Assembly: GCF_003019035.1 (NCBI RefSeq)
Contig: NZ_CP027447.1
DNA length: 64,000 nucleotides
Strand: one strand, 5' to 3'
Source of the DNA: Escherichia coli
Lineage (GTDB): Bacteria > Pseudomonadota > Gammaproteobacteria > Enterobacterales > Enterobacteriaceae
Shown here: piece by piece, positions 16,397 through 30,302 of the stretch
Numbering within the stretch: position 1 is the stretch's first letter
Layout of the letters: every line of letters begins with the position of its first letter
Made by a program: the position numbers and the translations under genes
Notes under the pieces: generated by a model
Seen by the model: the letters and a program-made list of their open reading frames with translations, nothing else
Told to the model about the DNA's origin: nothing
Database searches by the model: none

Positions 16397-17471
16397 CGCT
16401 TTCCAGTCGGGAAATTTGTCGCGCCAGCTGCATTAAAGAATCTGCCAACGCCTGGGGAGAAGCGGTTTGCGTATTGGACGGAAGGGTGGTTTTTCTTTTC
16501 ACCAGTGAGACGGGCAACAGCTGATTGCCCTTCACCGCCTGGCCCTGAGAGAGTTGCAGCAAGCGGTCCACGCTGGTTTGCCCCAGCAGGCGAAAATCCT
16601 GTTTGATGGTGGTTAACGGCGGGATATAACACGAGCTGTCTTCGGTATCGTCGTATCCCACTACCGAGATATCCGCACCAACGCGCAGCCCGGACTCGGT
16701 AATGGCGCGCATTGCGCCCAGCGCCATCTGATCGTTGGCAACCAGCATCGCAGTGGGGACGATGCCCTCATTCAGCATTTGCATGGTTTGTTGAAAACCG
16801 GACATGGCACTCCAGTCGCCTTCCCGTTCCGCTATCGGCTGAATTTGATTGCGTGTGAGATATTTATGCCAGCCCGCCAGACGCAGACGCGCCGAGACAG
16901 AACTTAATGGACCTGCTAACAGCGCGATTTGCTGGTGACCCAATGCGACCAGATGCTCCACGCCCAGTCGCGTACCGTCTTCATGGGAGAAAATAATACT
17001 GTTGATGGGTGTCTGGTCAGAGACATCAAGAAATAAAGCCGGAACATTAGCGCAGGCAGCTTCCACAGCAATGGCATCCTGGTCATCCAGCGGATAGTTA
17101 ATGATCAGCCCACTGACGCGTTGCGCGAGAAGATTGTGCACCGCCGCTTTACAGGCTTCGACGCCGCTTCGTTCTACCATCGACACCACCACGCTGGCAC
17201 CCAGTTGATCAGCGCGAGATTTAATCGCCGCGACAATTTGCGACGGCGCGTGCAGGGCCAGACTGGAAGTGGCAACGCCAATCAGCAACGACTGTTTGCC
17301 CGCCAGTTGTTGTGCCACGCGGTTGGGAATGTAATTCAGCTCCGCCATCGCCGCTTCCACTTTTTCCCGCGTTTTCGCAGAAACGTGGCTGGCCTGGTTC
17401 ACCACGCGGGAAACGGTCTGATAAGAGACACCGGCATATTCTGCGACATCGTATAGCGTTACTGGTTTCAC
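16389..17471 (-). CDS. lacI: lactose repressor, GTG start
   Basis: 360-aa ORF beginning VKPVTLYDVAEYAGVSYQTVSRVVNQ; LacI/GalR HTH. Confidence 0.97.
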   Translation of the reverse strand: MKPVTLYDVAEYAGVSYQTVSRVVNQASHVSAKTREKVEAAMAELNYIPNRVAQQLAGKQSLLIGVATSSLALHAPSQIVAAIKSRADQLGASVVVSMVERSGVEACKAAVHNLLAQRVSGLIINYPLDDQDAIAVEAACANVPALFLDVSDQTPINSIIFSHEDGTRLGVEHLVALGHQQIALLAGPLSSVSARLRLAGWHKYLTRNQIQPIAEREGDWSAMSGFQQTMQMLNEGIVPTAMLVANDQMALGAMRAITESGLRVGADISVVGYDDTEDSSCYIPPLTTIKQDFRLLGQTSVDRLLQLSQGQAVKGNQLLPVSLVKRKTTLPSNTQTASPQALADSLMQLARQISRLESGQ

Positions 17472-17547
17472 ATTCACCACCCTGAATTGACTCTCTTCCG
17501 GGCGCTATCATGCCATACCACGAAAGGTTTTGCGCCATTCGATGGTT

Positions 17548-18381
17548 TCAGCGTAAATGCACGCCGCTTCGCCTTCCCGCTACCAGAATAGCCTGCGATT
17601 CAACCCCTTCTTCGATCTGTTTTGCCACCCGTTGCAGCGCCGGAAGATGCTTTTCCGCTGCCTGTTCGATGGTCATTGCGCTCGCCATATACACCAGATT
17701 CAGACAGCCAATCACCCGTTGTTCACTGCGCAGCGGTACGGCGATAGAGGCGATCTTCTCCTCCTGATCCCAGCCGCGGTAGTTCTGTCCGTACCCCTCT
17801 TTGCGCGCGCGCGCCAGAATGGCTTCCAGCTTTAACGGTTCTCGTGCCAGTTGATAGTCATCACCGGGGCGGGAGGCTAACATCTCGATTAATTCCTTGC
17901 GTTCTTGTTCCGGGCAAAAGGCCAGCCAGGTCAGGCCCGAGGCGGTTTTCAGAAGCGGTAACCGTCGCCCGACCATTGCCCGGTGAAAAGATAAGCGGCT
18001 GAAACGATGGGTGGTTTCGCGTACCACCATTGCATCAACATCCAGCGTGGACACATCTGTCGGCCATACCACTTCGCGCAACAGATCGCCCAGCAGTGGG
18101 GCCGCCAGTGCAGAAATCCACTGTTCGTCACGAAATCCTTCGCTTAATTGCCGCACTTTGATGGTCAGACGAAAACTGTCATCGGAGGTACTGCGCCGGA
18201 CATATCCCTCTTCCAGTAACGTCTCCAGCAGTCGCCGCACAGTGGTGCGATGCAGGCCGCTGAGTTCCGCCAGCAGCCCGACGCTGGCACCGCCGTCAAG
18301 TTTATTTAACATATTTAATAACATTAGACCGCGGGTTAAGCCGCGCACGGTTTTGTATTCCGTCTGCTCATTGTTCTGCAT
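17548..18381 (-). CDS. mhpR: IclR-family transcriptional activator of the mhp operon
   Basis: IclR-family ORF divergent from mhpA; start set at MQNNEQ..., with ATG 18393 as alternative. Confidence 0.9.
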   Translation of the reverse strand: MQNNEQTEYKTVRGLTRGLMLLNMLNKLDGGASVGLLAELSGLHRTTVRRLLETLLEEGYVRRSTSDDSFRLTIKVRQLSEGFRDEQWISALAAPLLGDLLREVVWPTDVSTLDVDAMVVRETTHRFSRLSFHRAMVGRRLPLLKTASGLTWLAFCPEQERKELIEMLASRPGDDYQLAREPLKLEAILARARKEGYGQNYRGWDQEEKIASIAVPLRSEQRVIGCLNLVYMASAMTIEQAAEKHLPALQRVAKQIEEGVESQAILVAGRRSGVHLR

Positions 18382-18413
18382 ATTAATTGACATTTATATA
18401 GTTAAAACAACGT

Positions 18414-18430
18414 TGTGCACCTGGTGCACA
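18414..18430. promoter_or_regulatory. Perfect palindrome tgtgcac-ctg-gtgcaca in the mhpR/mhpA divergent region; candidate MhpR and/or CRP-like operator
   Basis: 7-bp inverted arms with 3-bp spacer, about 140 bp upstream of the mhpA start. Confidence 0.5.
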
Positions 18431-18571
18431 TTCGGGCATGTTTTGATTGTAGCCGAAAACACCCTTCCTATACTGAGCGCACAATAAAAAATCATTTACA
18501 TGCTTTTAACAAAATAAGTTGCGCTGTACTGTGCGCGCAACGGCATTTTGTCCGAGTCGTGAGGTACTGAA

Positions 18572-20236
18572 ATGGCAATACAACACCCTGACATCCAGCC
18601 TGCTGTTAACCATAGCGTTCAGGTGGCGATCGCTGGTGCCGGTCCGGTCGGGCTGATGATGGCGAACTATCTCGGCCAGATGGGCATTGACGTGCTGGTG
18701 GTGGAGAAACTCGATAAGTTGATCGACTACCCGCGTGCGATTGGTATTGATGACGAGGCGCTGCGCACCATGCAGTCGGTTGGCCTGGTCGATAATGTTC
18801 TGCCGCACACTACGCCGTGGCACGCGATGCGTTTTCTCACCCCAAAAGGTCGCTGTTTTGCTGATATTCAGCCAATGACCGATGAATTTGGCTGGCCGCG
18901 CCGTAACGCCTTTATTCAGCCTCAGGTCGATGCGGTAATGCTGGAAGGATTGTCGCGTTTTCCGAATGTGCGCTGCCTGTTTTCCCGCGAGCTGGAGGCC
19001 TTCAGCCAGCAAGATGACGAAGTGACCGTGCACCTGAAAACGGCAGAAGGGCAGCGGGAAACGGTCAAAGCCCAGTGGCTGGTGGCCTGTGATGGTGGGG
19101 CAAGTTTTGTCCGTCGCACCCTGAATGTGCCGTTTGAAGGTAAAACTGCGCCAAATCAGTGGATTGTGGTAGATATCGCCAACGATCCGTTAAGTACGCC
19201 GCATATCTATTTGTGTTGTGATCCGGTGCGCCCGTATGTTTCTGCCGCGCTGCCTCATGCGGTACGTCGCTTTGAATTTATGGTGATGCCGGGAGAAACC
19301 GAAGAACAGCTGCGTGAGCCGCAAAATATGCGCAAGCTGTTAAGCAAAGTGCTGCCTAATCCGGACAATGTTGAATTGATTCGCCAGCGTGTCTACACCC
19401 ACAACGCGCGACTGGCGCAACGTTTTCGTATTGATCGCGTACTGCTGGCGGGCGATGCCGCGCACATCATGCCGGTGTGGCAGGGGCAGGGCTATAACAG
19501 TGGTATGCGCGACGCCTTTAACCTCGCATGGAAACTGGCGTTGGTTATCCAGGGGAAAGCCCGCGATGCGCTGCTCGATACCTATCAACAAGAACGTCGC
19601 GATCACGCCAAAGCGATGATTGACCTGTCCGTGACGGCGGGCAACGTGCTGGCTCCGCCGAAACGCTGGCAGGGTACGTTACGTGACGGCGTTTCCTGGC
19701 TGCTGAATTATCTGCCGCCAGTAAAACGCTACTTCCTCGAAATGCGCTTCAAGCCGATGCCGCAATATTACGGCGGTGCGCTGGTGCGTGAGGGCGAAGC
19801 GAAGCACTCTCCGGTCGGCAAGATGTTTATTCAGCCGAAAGTCACGCTGGAAAACGGCGACGTGACGCTGCTCGATAACGCGATCGGCGCGAACTTCGCG
19901 GTAATTGGCTGGGGATGCAATCCACTGTGGGGGATGAGCGACGAGCAAATCCAGCAGTGGCGCGCGTTGGGCACACGCTTCATTCAGGTGGTGCCGGAAG
20001 TGCAAATTCATACCGCACAGGATAACCACGACGGCGTACTACGCGTGGGGGATACGCAAGGTCGCCTGCGTAGCTGGTTCGCGCAACACAATGCTTCGCT
20101 GGTGGTGATGCGCCCGGATCGCTTTGTTGCCGCCACCGCCATTCCGCAAACCCTGGGCAAGACCCTGAATAAACTGGCGTCGGTGATGACGCTGACCCGC
20201 CCTGATGCCGACGTTTCTGTCGAAAAGGTAGCCTGA
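18572..20236 (+). CDS. mhpA: 3-(3-hydroxyphenyl)propionate hydroxylase (FAD monooxygenase)
   Basis: 554-aa ORF with N-terminal FAD fold GAGPVG. Confidence 0.95.
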   Translation: MAIQHPDIQPAVNHSVQVAIAGAGPVGLMMANYLGQMGIDVLVVEKLDKLIDYPRAIGIDDEALRTMQSVGLVDNVLPHTTPWHAMRFLTPKGRCFADIQPMTDEFGWPRRNAFIQPQVDAVMLEGLSRFPNVRCLFSRELEAFSQQDDEVTVHLKTAEGQRETVKAQWLVACDGGASFVRRTLNVPFEGKTAPNQWIVVDIANDPLSTPHIYLCCDPVRPYVSAALPHAVRRFEFMVMPGETEEQLREPQNMRKLLSKVLPNPDNVELIRQRVYTHNARLAQRFRIDRVLLAGDAAHIMPVWQGQGYNSGMRDAFNLAWKLALVIQGKARDALLDTYQQERRDHAKAMIDLSVTAGNVLAPPKRWQGTLRDGVSWLLNYLPPVKRYFLEMRFKPMPQYYGGALVREGEAKHSPVGKMFIQPKVTLENGDVTLLDNAIGANFAVIGWGCNPLWGMSDEQIQQWRALGTRFIQVVPEVQIHTAQDNHDGVLRVGDTQGRLRSWFAQHNASLVVMRPDRFVAATAIPQTLGKTLNKLASVMTLTRPDADVSVEKVA

Positions 20237-20237
20237 T

Positions 20238-21182
20238 ATGCACGCTTATCTTCACTGTCTTTCCCACTCGCCGCTGGTGGGGTATGTCGACCCGGCACAA
20301 GAGGTACTCGATGAGGTCAATGGCGTGATTGCCAGCGCCCGCGAGCGTATTGCGGCTTTCTCCCCTGAACTGGTGGTGCTGTTTGCGCCAGATCACTACA
20401 ACGGCTTTTTCTATGACGTGATGCCACCGTTCTGTTTAGGCGTTGGAGCGACGGCAATTGGTGATTTCGGCAGTGCGGCAGGTGAGCTGCCCGTGCCTGT
20501 GGAGCTGGCGGAGGCCTGTGCGCATGCCGTCATGAAGAGCGGGATCGATCTTGCCGTTTCTTACTGTATGCAGGTGGACCACGGGTTCGCCCAGCCGCTG
20601 GAGTTCCTGCTCGGTGGGCTGGATAAGGTGCCAGTTCTGCCTATGTTCATCAACGGTGTCGCCACGCCGCTGCCCGGTTTCCAGCGTACCCGCATGTTGG
20701 GGGAAGCCATTGGACGTTTCACCAGCACTCTCAATAAACGCGTGCTGTTCCTTGGGTCCGGTGGGCTTTCCCATCAGCCGCCGGTGCCAGAACTGGCGAA
20801 AGCCGATGCCCATATGCGCGACCGTCTATTGGGGAGCGGGAAAGATTTACCCGCCAGTGAGCGCGAATTGCGTCAGCAACGGGTGATTAGCGCCGCTGAG
20901 AAGTTTGTTGAGGATCAGAGAACGCTGCATCCGCTCAACCCGATTTGGGATAACCAGTTCATGACTTTGCTGGAGCAGGGACGCATACAGGAACTGGATG
21001 CCTTCAGTAACGAAGAGCTTTCCGCCATTGCCGGAAAGTCGACACATGAAATCAAAACCTGGGTCGCCGCTTTTGCCGCTATTTCTGCGTTTGGCAACTG
21101 GCGTAGCGAAGGGCGTTATTACCGCCCAATCCCGGAGTGGATTGCCGGATTTGGCTCGTTAAGCGCCAGAACAGAGAACTGA
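20238..21182 (+). CDS. mhpB: 2,3-dihydroxyphenylpropionate 1,2-dioxygenase (extradiol)
   Basis: 314-aa ORF, operon position. Confidence 0.95.
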
Positions 21183-21199
21183 ATATGCAGGAGAAGATG

Positions 21200-22066
21200 A
21201 TGAGTTATCAGCCACAAACCGAAGCCGCCACCAGCCGTTTTCTGAATGTAGAAGAAGCGGGTAAAACGCTGCGCATCCATTTTAATGACTGCGGACAAGG
21301 CGACGAAACTGTTGTCCTGCTGCATGGTTCCGGCCCGGGTGCTACTGGCTGGGCGAACTTCAGCCGCAATATCGATCCGCTGGTAGAGGCGGGCTATCGG
21401 GTGATCCTGCTGGATTGTCCGGGTTGGGGCAAGAGCGATTCGATCGTTAATAGTGGTTCGCGATCGGATCTTAATGCACGAATCCTGAAAAGCGTGGTGG
21501 ATCAACTGGATATCGCCAAAATCCACCTGCTGGGCAACTCGATGGGTGGCCATAGTTCTGTGGCGTTCACCCTTAACTGGCCGGAGCGCGTCGGCAAACT
21601 GGTGCTGATGGGCGGCGGTACGGGCGGCATGAGTTTGTTTACGCCGATGCCAACCGAAGGTATTAAGCGACTGAATCAGCTTTATCGTCAGCCGACTATC
21701 GAAAACCTGAAGCTGATGATGGATATCTTCGTTTTTGATACCAGCGATTTGACCGACGCCCTGTTTGAAGCGCGTCTGAATAATATGCTGTCGCGCCGCG
21801 ATCACCTGGAAAACTTCGTTAAGAGCCTGGAAGCCAATCCGAAACAGTTCCCGGATTTTGGCCCACGGCTGGCGGAAATCAAAGCGCAAACCCTGATTGT
21901 CTGGGGGCGCAACGACCGCTTTGTGCCGATGGATGCGGGTCTGCGTCTGCTGTCCGGCATTGCCGGTTCTGAACTGCATATCTTCCGCGACTGTGGTCAC
22001 TGGGCGCAGTGGGAACATGCCGACGCTTTCAATCAACTGGTGCTGAATTTCCTCGCACGCCCTTAA
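21200..22066 (+). CDS. mhpC: 2-hydroxy-6-ketonona-2,4-dienedioate hydrolase (alpha/beta hydrolase)
   Basis: GNSMGG nucleophile elbow; start set at MSYQPQ... (288 aa). Confidence 0.93.
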
Positions 22067-23828
<1,762 letters not shown>

Positions 23829-23832
<4 letters not shown>

Positions 23833-24842
23833 ACGATAAAAAACTTTATATCTCGGACGTCACGTTGCGTGATGGTATGCACGCCATTCGTCATCAGTAT
23901 TCATTGGAAAACGTTCGCCAGGTTGCCAAAGCACTGGACGATGCCCGCGTGGATTCGATTGAAGTGGCCCACGGCGACGGTTTGCAAGGTTCCAGCTTTA
24001 ACTATGGTTTCGGCGCACATAGCGACCTTGAATGGATTGAAGCGGCGGCGGATGTGGTGAAGCACGCCAAAATCGCGACGTTGTTGCTGCCTGGAATCGG
24101 CACTATTCACGATCTGAAAAATGCCTGGCAGGCTGGCGCGCGGGTGGTTCGTGTGGCTACGCACTGTACCGAAGCTGATGTTTCCGCCCAGCATATTCAG
24201 TATGCCCGCGAGCTCGGAATGGACACCGTTGGCTTTCTGATGATGAGCCATATGACCACGCCGGAGAATCTCGCAAAGCAGGCAAAGCTGATGGAAGGCT
24301 ACGGTGCGACCTGTATTTATGTGGTGGATTCTGGCGGTGCGATGAACATGAGCGATATCCGTGACCGTTTCCGCGCCCTGAAAGCAGTGCTGAAACCAGA
24401 AACGCAAACCGGCATACACGCTCACCATAACCTGAGTCTTGGCGTGGCGAACTCTATCGCGGCGGTGGAAGAGGGCTGCGACCGAATCGATGCCAGTCTC
24501 GCGGGAATGGGCGCGGGCGCAGGTAACGCGCCGCTGGAAGTGTTTATTGCCGCCGCGGATAAACTGGGTTGGCAGCATGGGACCGATCTCTATGCGTTAA
24601 TGGATGCCGCTGACGACCTGGTGCGTCCGTTGCAGGATCGTCCGGTACGAGTCGATCGCGAAACGCTGGCGCTGGGATACGCCGGTGTTTACTCCAGCTT
24701 CCTGCGTCACTGTGAAACGGCGGCGGCGCGTTATGGCTTAAGCGCGGTGGATATTCTCGTTGAGTTGGGCAAACGCCGGATGGTTGGCGGTCAGGAGGAT
24801 ATGATCGTCGATGTGGCGCTGGATCTGCGCAACAACAAATAA
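23829..24842 (+). CDS. mhpE: 4-hydroxy-2-oxovalerate aldolase
   Basis: 337-aa ORF, translationally coupled to mhpF. Confidence 0.95.
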
Positions 24843-24890
24843 TGATGACTGCCGAGAACGTGCATTTTGTATGCCCATCCCAGCACGACT

Positions 24891-24924
24891 GCCGGATGCG
24901 GCGTAAACGCCTTGTTCGGCCTAC
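24891..24924. repeat. REP element (gccggatgcggcgtaaacgccttgttcggcctac)
   Basis: Canonical REP sequence read directly. Confidence 0.8.
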
Positions 24925-25021
24925 ATTTTCTTCGCCTGTAGGCAGTCATTAAATGGTTCTGATTACGCGGCTGGCAATGTATCAGCCGCGATTCACCTGC
25001 ACTCGCAACGAGGTTCATCTT

Positions 25022-26233
25022 ATGTCGACTCGTATCCCTTCATCATCTTCATCCCGCCTGATGCTGACCATCGGGCTTTGTTTTTTGGTCGCTCTGATGG
25101 AAGGACTGGATCTTCAGGCGACTGGCATTGCGGCGGGTGGCATCGCCCAGGCTTTCGCACTCGATAAAATGCAAATGGGCTGGATATTCAGCGCCGGAAT
25201 ACTCGGTTTGCTACCCGGCGCGCTGGTTGGCGGAATGCTGGCGGACCGTTATGGTCGTAAGCGTATTTTAATTAGCTCAGTTGCGCTGTTTGGTTTGTTC
25301 TCACTGGCAACGGCGATTGCCTGGGATTTCCCCTCACTGGTCTTTGCGCGGCTGATGACCGGTGTCGGGCTGGGGGCGGCGTTGCCGAATCTTATCGCCC
25401 TGACGTCTGAAGCCGCAGGGCCACGTTTTCGTGGGACGGCAGTGAGCCTGATGTATTGCGGTGTTCCCATTGGCGCGGCGCTGGCGGCGACGCTGGGTTT
25501 CGCGGGGGCAAACTTAGCATGGCAAATGGTGTTTTGGGTCGGTGGTGTGGTGCCGTTGATTCTGGTGCCGCTATTAATGCGCTGGCTGCCGGAGTCGGCG
25601 GTGTTCGCTGGCGAAAAACAGGCTGCGCCACCACTGCGTGCGTTATTTGCGCCAGAAACGGCTACCGCGACGCTGCTGCTGTGGTTGTGTTATTTCTTCA
25701 CTCTGCTGGTGGTCTACATGTTGATCAACTGGCTACCGCTGCTTTTGGTGGAGCAAGGATTGCAGCCATCGCAGGCGGCAGGGGTGATGTTTGCACTGCA
25801 AATGGGTGCGGCAAGCGGGACGTTAATGTTGGGCGCATTGATGGATAAGCTGCGTCCAGTAACCATGTCGCTACTGATTTATAGCGGCATGTTAGCTTCG
25901 CTGCTGGCGCTGGGAACGGTGTCGTCATTTAACGGTATGTTGCTGGCGGGATTCGTCGCGGGGTTGTTTGCGACAGGTGGGCAAAGCGTTTTGTATGCCC
26001 TGGCACCGTTGTTTTACAGTTCGCAGATCCGCGCAACAGGTGTGGGAACAGCCGTGGCGGTAGGGCGTCTGGGGGCTATGAGCGGTCCGTTACTGGCCGG
26101 GAAAATGCTGGCATTAGGCACTGGCACGGTTGGCGTAATGGCCGCTTCTGCGCCGGGTATTCTTGTTGCCGGCCTGGCAGTGTTTATTTTGATGAGCCGG
26201 AGATCACGAATGCAGCCGTGTGCAGATGCCTGA
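25022..26233 (+). CDS. mhpT: MFS transporter for 3-hydroxyphenylpropionate
   Basis: Polytopic MFS ORF; start set at MSTRIPSSSSSRLM... (403 aa). Confidence 0.9.
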   Translation: MSTRIPSSSSSRLMLTIGLCFLVALMEGLDLQATGIAAGGIAQAFALDKMQMGWIFSAGILGLLPGALVGGMLADRYGRKRILISSVALFGLFSLATAIAWDFPSLVFARLMTGVGLGAALPNLIALTSEAAGPRFRGTAVSLMYCGVPIGAALAATLGFAGANLAWQMVFWVGGVVPLILVPLLMRWLPESAVFAGEKQAAPPLRALFAPETATATLLLWLCYFFTLLVVYMLINWLPLLLVEQGLQPSQAAGVMFALQMGAASGTLMLGALMDKLRPVTMSLLIYSGMLASLLALGTVSSFNGMLLAGFVAGLFATGGQSVLYALAPLFYSSQIRATGVGTAVAVGRLGAMSGPLLAGKMLALGTGTVGVMAASAPGILVAGLAVFILMSRRSRMQPCADA

Positions 26234-26334
26234 CGCGCCTTATTAAGCAGGGGCGAAAGGGACTTCCCCCCAATACACCTACGGCGTTTACAGGTATACT
26301 CGCTAAAAATTATTCAGCGGGTTTGGAAACAAAG

Positions 26335-26874
26335 ATGGCAAAACTTACCTTACAAGAGCAGTTGCTCAAAGCAGGATTAGTCACCAGCAAAAAAGCGGCG
26401 AAGGTCGAGAGAACGGCGAAAAAATCGCGCGTTCAGGCGCGTGAAGCTCGGGCGGCGGTAGAAGAAAATAAAAAGGCACAGCTTGAGCGTGATAAACAGC
26501 TTAGTGAGCAGCAAAAACAAGCGGCGTTGGCGAAAGAATATAAAGCTCAGGTGAAGCAGCTTATCGAAATGAACCGGATCACCATTGCCAATGGCGATAT
26601 CGGTTTTAACTTTACCGATGGCAATCTGATTAAGAAGATTTTTGTCGATAAGCTCACACAAACGCAGTTGATTAATGGTCGTCTGGCGATTGCACGTTTG
26701 CAGATCGATAACAATAGCGAAGGTGAATACGCCATTATTCCCGCCAGCGTTGCCGATAAAATTGCTCAGCGTGATGCCAGCAGTATTGTGTTGCACAGCG
26801 CGCTCAGCGCCGAAGAGCAGGATGAAGACGATCCGTATGCTGACTTCAAAGTGCCTGATGATTTGATGTGGTAA
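26335..26874 (+). CDS. yaiL: DUF2058-family protein (YaiL)
   Basis: 179 aa from MAKLTLQEQLLKAG...; Lys/Ala-rich N-terminal half. Confidence 0.85.
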   Translation: MAKLTLQEQLLKAGLVTSKKAAKVERTAKKSRVQAREARAAVEENKKAQLERDKQLSEQQKQAALAKEYKAQVKQLIEMNRITIANGDIGFNFTDGNLIKKIFVDKLTQTQLINGRLAIARLQIDNNSEGEYAIIPASVADKIAQRDASSIVLHSALSAEEQDEDDPYADFKVPDDLMW

Positions 26875-26894
26875 ACATTGATAAATCGTGTGCA

Positions 26895-26985
26895 GATGCC
26901 TGATGCGACGCTTTGCGAGTCTTATCATGCCTACGGTTTCCAGGCGAAATGTAGGCGGATAAGGCGTTCACGCCGCATCCGGCAG
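26895..26985. repeat. BIME: two inverted REP units
   Basis: gatgcctgatgcgacg...cttatcatgcctac and gtaggcggataaggcgttcacgccgcatccggc. Confidence 0.85.
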
Positions 26986-26998
26986 TCGTGCACTATTA

Positions 26999-27832
26999 TC
27001 AACGCATATTCAGTTTATTGGCGTGGTACGCAATATGCTCGCCAATAAAACTGGAGACAAAATAATAGCTGTGATCATAACCCTCGTGATAACGGATTAA
27101 CGTCTTGATATTCATCTCCTGGCAGATCTTTTCAAGATTTGAAGTCCGCAGCTGTTCTGCGTAAAAATCATCACTCAACCCCTGATCAACCATTATTTCC
27201 GCAACGCGTTGACCTTGTGAAATAAGGCTCACCGGATCGTAATCCAACCAGGCTTCTTTATTTTCACCAAGATACGCGGCAAAGGCTTGCTGTCCCCACG
27301 GTACTTGCGATGGGGAGACAATGGGCGAAAACGCCGAGACGCTGGCATATTCATCTGGGTTACGTAACGCCAGCACCAGCGCGCCCAGCCCGCCCATAGA
27401 ATGACCCGATATCGACTTTCTTGCCGTTGCTGGAAAATGTTTCAGCACTAAATCTGGTAGCTCGCTGCGGATGTAGTCATACATTTTGAAATGTTCATTC
27501 CACGGCGCTTGTGTTGCGTTCAGGTAGAACCCGGCACCTTGCCCGAGATCGTAACGGTCGGCATCTGCGACATGACTGCCTCGCGGACTGGTGTCTGGCG
27601 CAACAACAATAATGTTGTGCTCCGCCGCGTAACGTTGCATCCCCGATTTAGTAATGAAATTCTGCTCGTTGCAGGTCAGGCCCGAAAGCCAGTACAGCAC
27701 CGGTAATTTTTCATTCCCGGCTTTTGGTGGGAGATAGACGCCGACATTCATTTCACATTTCAGTGATTGGGAATAATGCCGATACACATTTTGCCAGCCG
27801 CCAAAGCTGGCATGTTTTTCAATGAGTTCCAT
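26999..27832 (-). CDS. frmB: S-formylglutathione hydrolase (esterase D family)
   Basis: 277-aa ORF with GHSMGG serine-hydrolase motif. Confidence 0.95.
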   Translation of the reverse strand: MELIEKHASFGGWQNVYRHYSQSLKCEMNVGVYLPPKAGNEKLPVLYWLSGLTCNEQNFITKSGMQRYAAEHNIIVVAPDTSPRGSHVADADRYDLGQGAGFYLNATQAPWNEHFKMYDYIRSELPDLVLKHFPATARKSISGHSMGGLGALVLALRNPDEYASVSAFSPIVSPSQVPWGQQAFAAYLGENKEAWLDYDPVSLISQGQRVAEIMVDQGLSDDFYAEQLRTSNLEKICQEMNIKTLIRYHEGYDHSYYFVSSFIGEHIAYHANKLNMR

Positions 27833-27923
27833 CAGTCATTATCTCACGGTTAATCCCCCGGACGGCTGCCCGGGGAGAGTATTAAGAACCCCGTCTGAAC
27901 TGGACGGGTAAACCTGCGGGAAA

Positions 27924-29063
<1,140 letters not shown>

Positions 29064-29067
29064 TCAG

Positions 29068-29343
29068 CTATTTAAGATAGGCACGAACCAGTTCAATAGT
29101 GTCGTCAACGGATTGGCTGACTTCGCGGCTGTAGCAGTCATTTCGGTCAAACGTTTCCCGGATATGGCTTTCAAGCACTTCTGCCATCAGCCCGTTAGCC
29201 GCGCCCCGAACGGCAGCGATCTGTTGGAGTATGGCACGGCATTCGGCATCACCCTCCAGCGACCGTTCCAGAGCATCAATTTGCCCCCGAATACGACGAA
29301 CTCGAGTAAGGACCTTTTTCTTCTCTTCCGGAGTACTGGGCAT
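29068..29343 (-). CDS. frmR: formaldehyde-responsive repressor, CsoR/RcnR family
   Basis: 91 aa from [21 protein letters not shown]...; first gene of frmRAB. Confidence 0.93.
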
Positions 29344-29367
29344 TTCGCACCTCATCATCTGCACGCA

Positions 29368-29420
29368 ATATACTATAGGGGGGTATGCTATATGTCAATG
29401 CATACCCCCCTATAGTATAT
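29368..29420 (-). promoter_or_regulatory. Perfect 21-bp inverted repeat (atatactataggggggtatgc / gcatacccccctatagtatat, 11-bp spacer) 25 bp upstream of frmR; candidate FrmR operator with G/C tract
   Basis: Exact inverted repeat read in sequence; CsoR/RcnR-family repressors bind G/C-tract operators. Confidence 0.7.
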
Positions 29421-29497
29421 AACACTGGAGAATAAAATTTATCCGGTGAATGTAGTCGGATAACAAAAAGGAAAGAGGGGCCTAATCGACAGGGAAG

Positions 29498-29519
29498 GCC
29501 GCCCCGGATAGCGGGCGGC
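29498..29519 (-). terminator. GC-rich hairpin (gccgccc..gggcggc) downstream of yaiO
   Basis: 7-bp perfect stem followed on the minus-strand transcript by a T-rich run. Confidence 0.5.
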
Positions 29520-29527
29520 AGAAGCAA

Positions 29528-30301
29528 TCAGAATTTCCAGGTCAGATGGGCTGCAAGTTGCAGACCGTTATAATCATCGGTTGGGGTGTCGTACCACACT
29601 TTACCTGCCGTCAGCCCGAGATTAAGTTGCTCAGTCAGCGGTTGAATACGTTGCAGACTGACGCTCTTCATGCTGCCGTAGCGTGTTTCTGGCGTCCAGT
29701 CATAGGTGTAAGCGCCTGTTCCGCGGCTTAGCCATAGTTGCGTATAACCAGTGCCGCGCGGGTCATTCAGACGCACGGAAATCATATTGCTGTAACTACC
29801 ACCTGCATCGCTGGAGTCATAATGGGTATAGCGGTAGCTGGAGATCACCGGGCCAGTATAGAGGGATACGCCGCCTTGCCAGGCATCGACTTCGACATCA
29901 TCGTAATATTTAGTGTAGCGATAACCGGTCGTGAAAAGCGTTTTTGGCAACAGGGCCAGGTTAATATCCTGACGAAAATCCTGGCGGGCAAAGACCGGCG
30001 TATTATCCGCAAAGGCAATACCCGTTCGGGTTGTCAGCCAGTTATTCCATTTATACCAGACCGCACCCTGACCGCGAGTGGCATTGAAATGTTCAGTTTC
30101 ATAATCACGACGCCCCTGGGAAAGATTAAAAAGCAGCGTTGCGTTTTCAACTTTCGCCACCAGTTCAGCATACGCTAAATTACGATTGCCATGATCGCCA
30201 GAATAATCGGTAAAATCGTAGCCCGCGGTAATGGAAGTTAACCCGGCATAAGCGGGCAATGTGCTAAAAATGGCCGCCGCTAATAACGTCCGTTTTATCA
30301 T
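29528..30301 (-). CDS. yaiO: outer-membrane beta-barrel protein YaiO
   Basis: 257-aa ORF with signal peptide and C-terminal aromatic residue (…HLTWKF). Confidence 0.9.
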   Translation of the reverse strand: MIKRTLLAAAIFSTLPAYAGLTSITAGYDFTDYSGDHGNRNLAYAELVAKVENATLLFNLSQGRRDYETEHFNATRGQGAVWYKWNNWLTTRTGIAFADNTPVFARQDFRQDINLALLPKTLFTTGYRYTKYYDDVEVDAWQGGVSLYTGPVISSYRYTHYDSSDAGGSYSNMISVRLNDPRGTGYTQLWLSRGTGAYTYDWTPETRYGSMKSVSLQRIQPLTEQLNLGLTAGKVWYDTPTDDYNGLQLAAHLTWKF

Positions 30302-30302
30302 T

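Noticed and set aside
26883-26996. Clustered palindromic repeats considered as a possible CRISPR array
   Set aside because: Only two units in inverted orientation, matching REP/BIME structure; no regular repeat-spacer periodicity and no cas genes.
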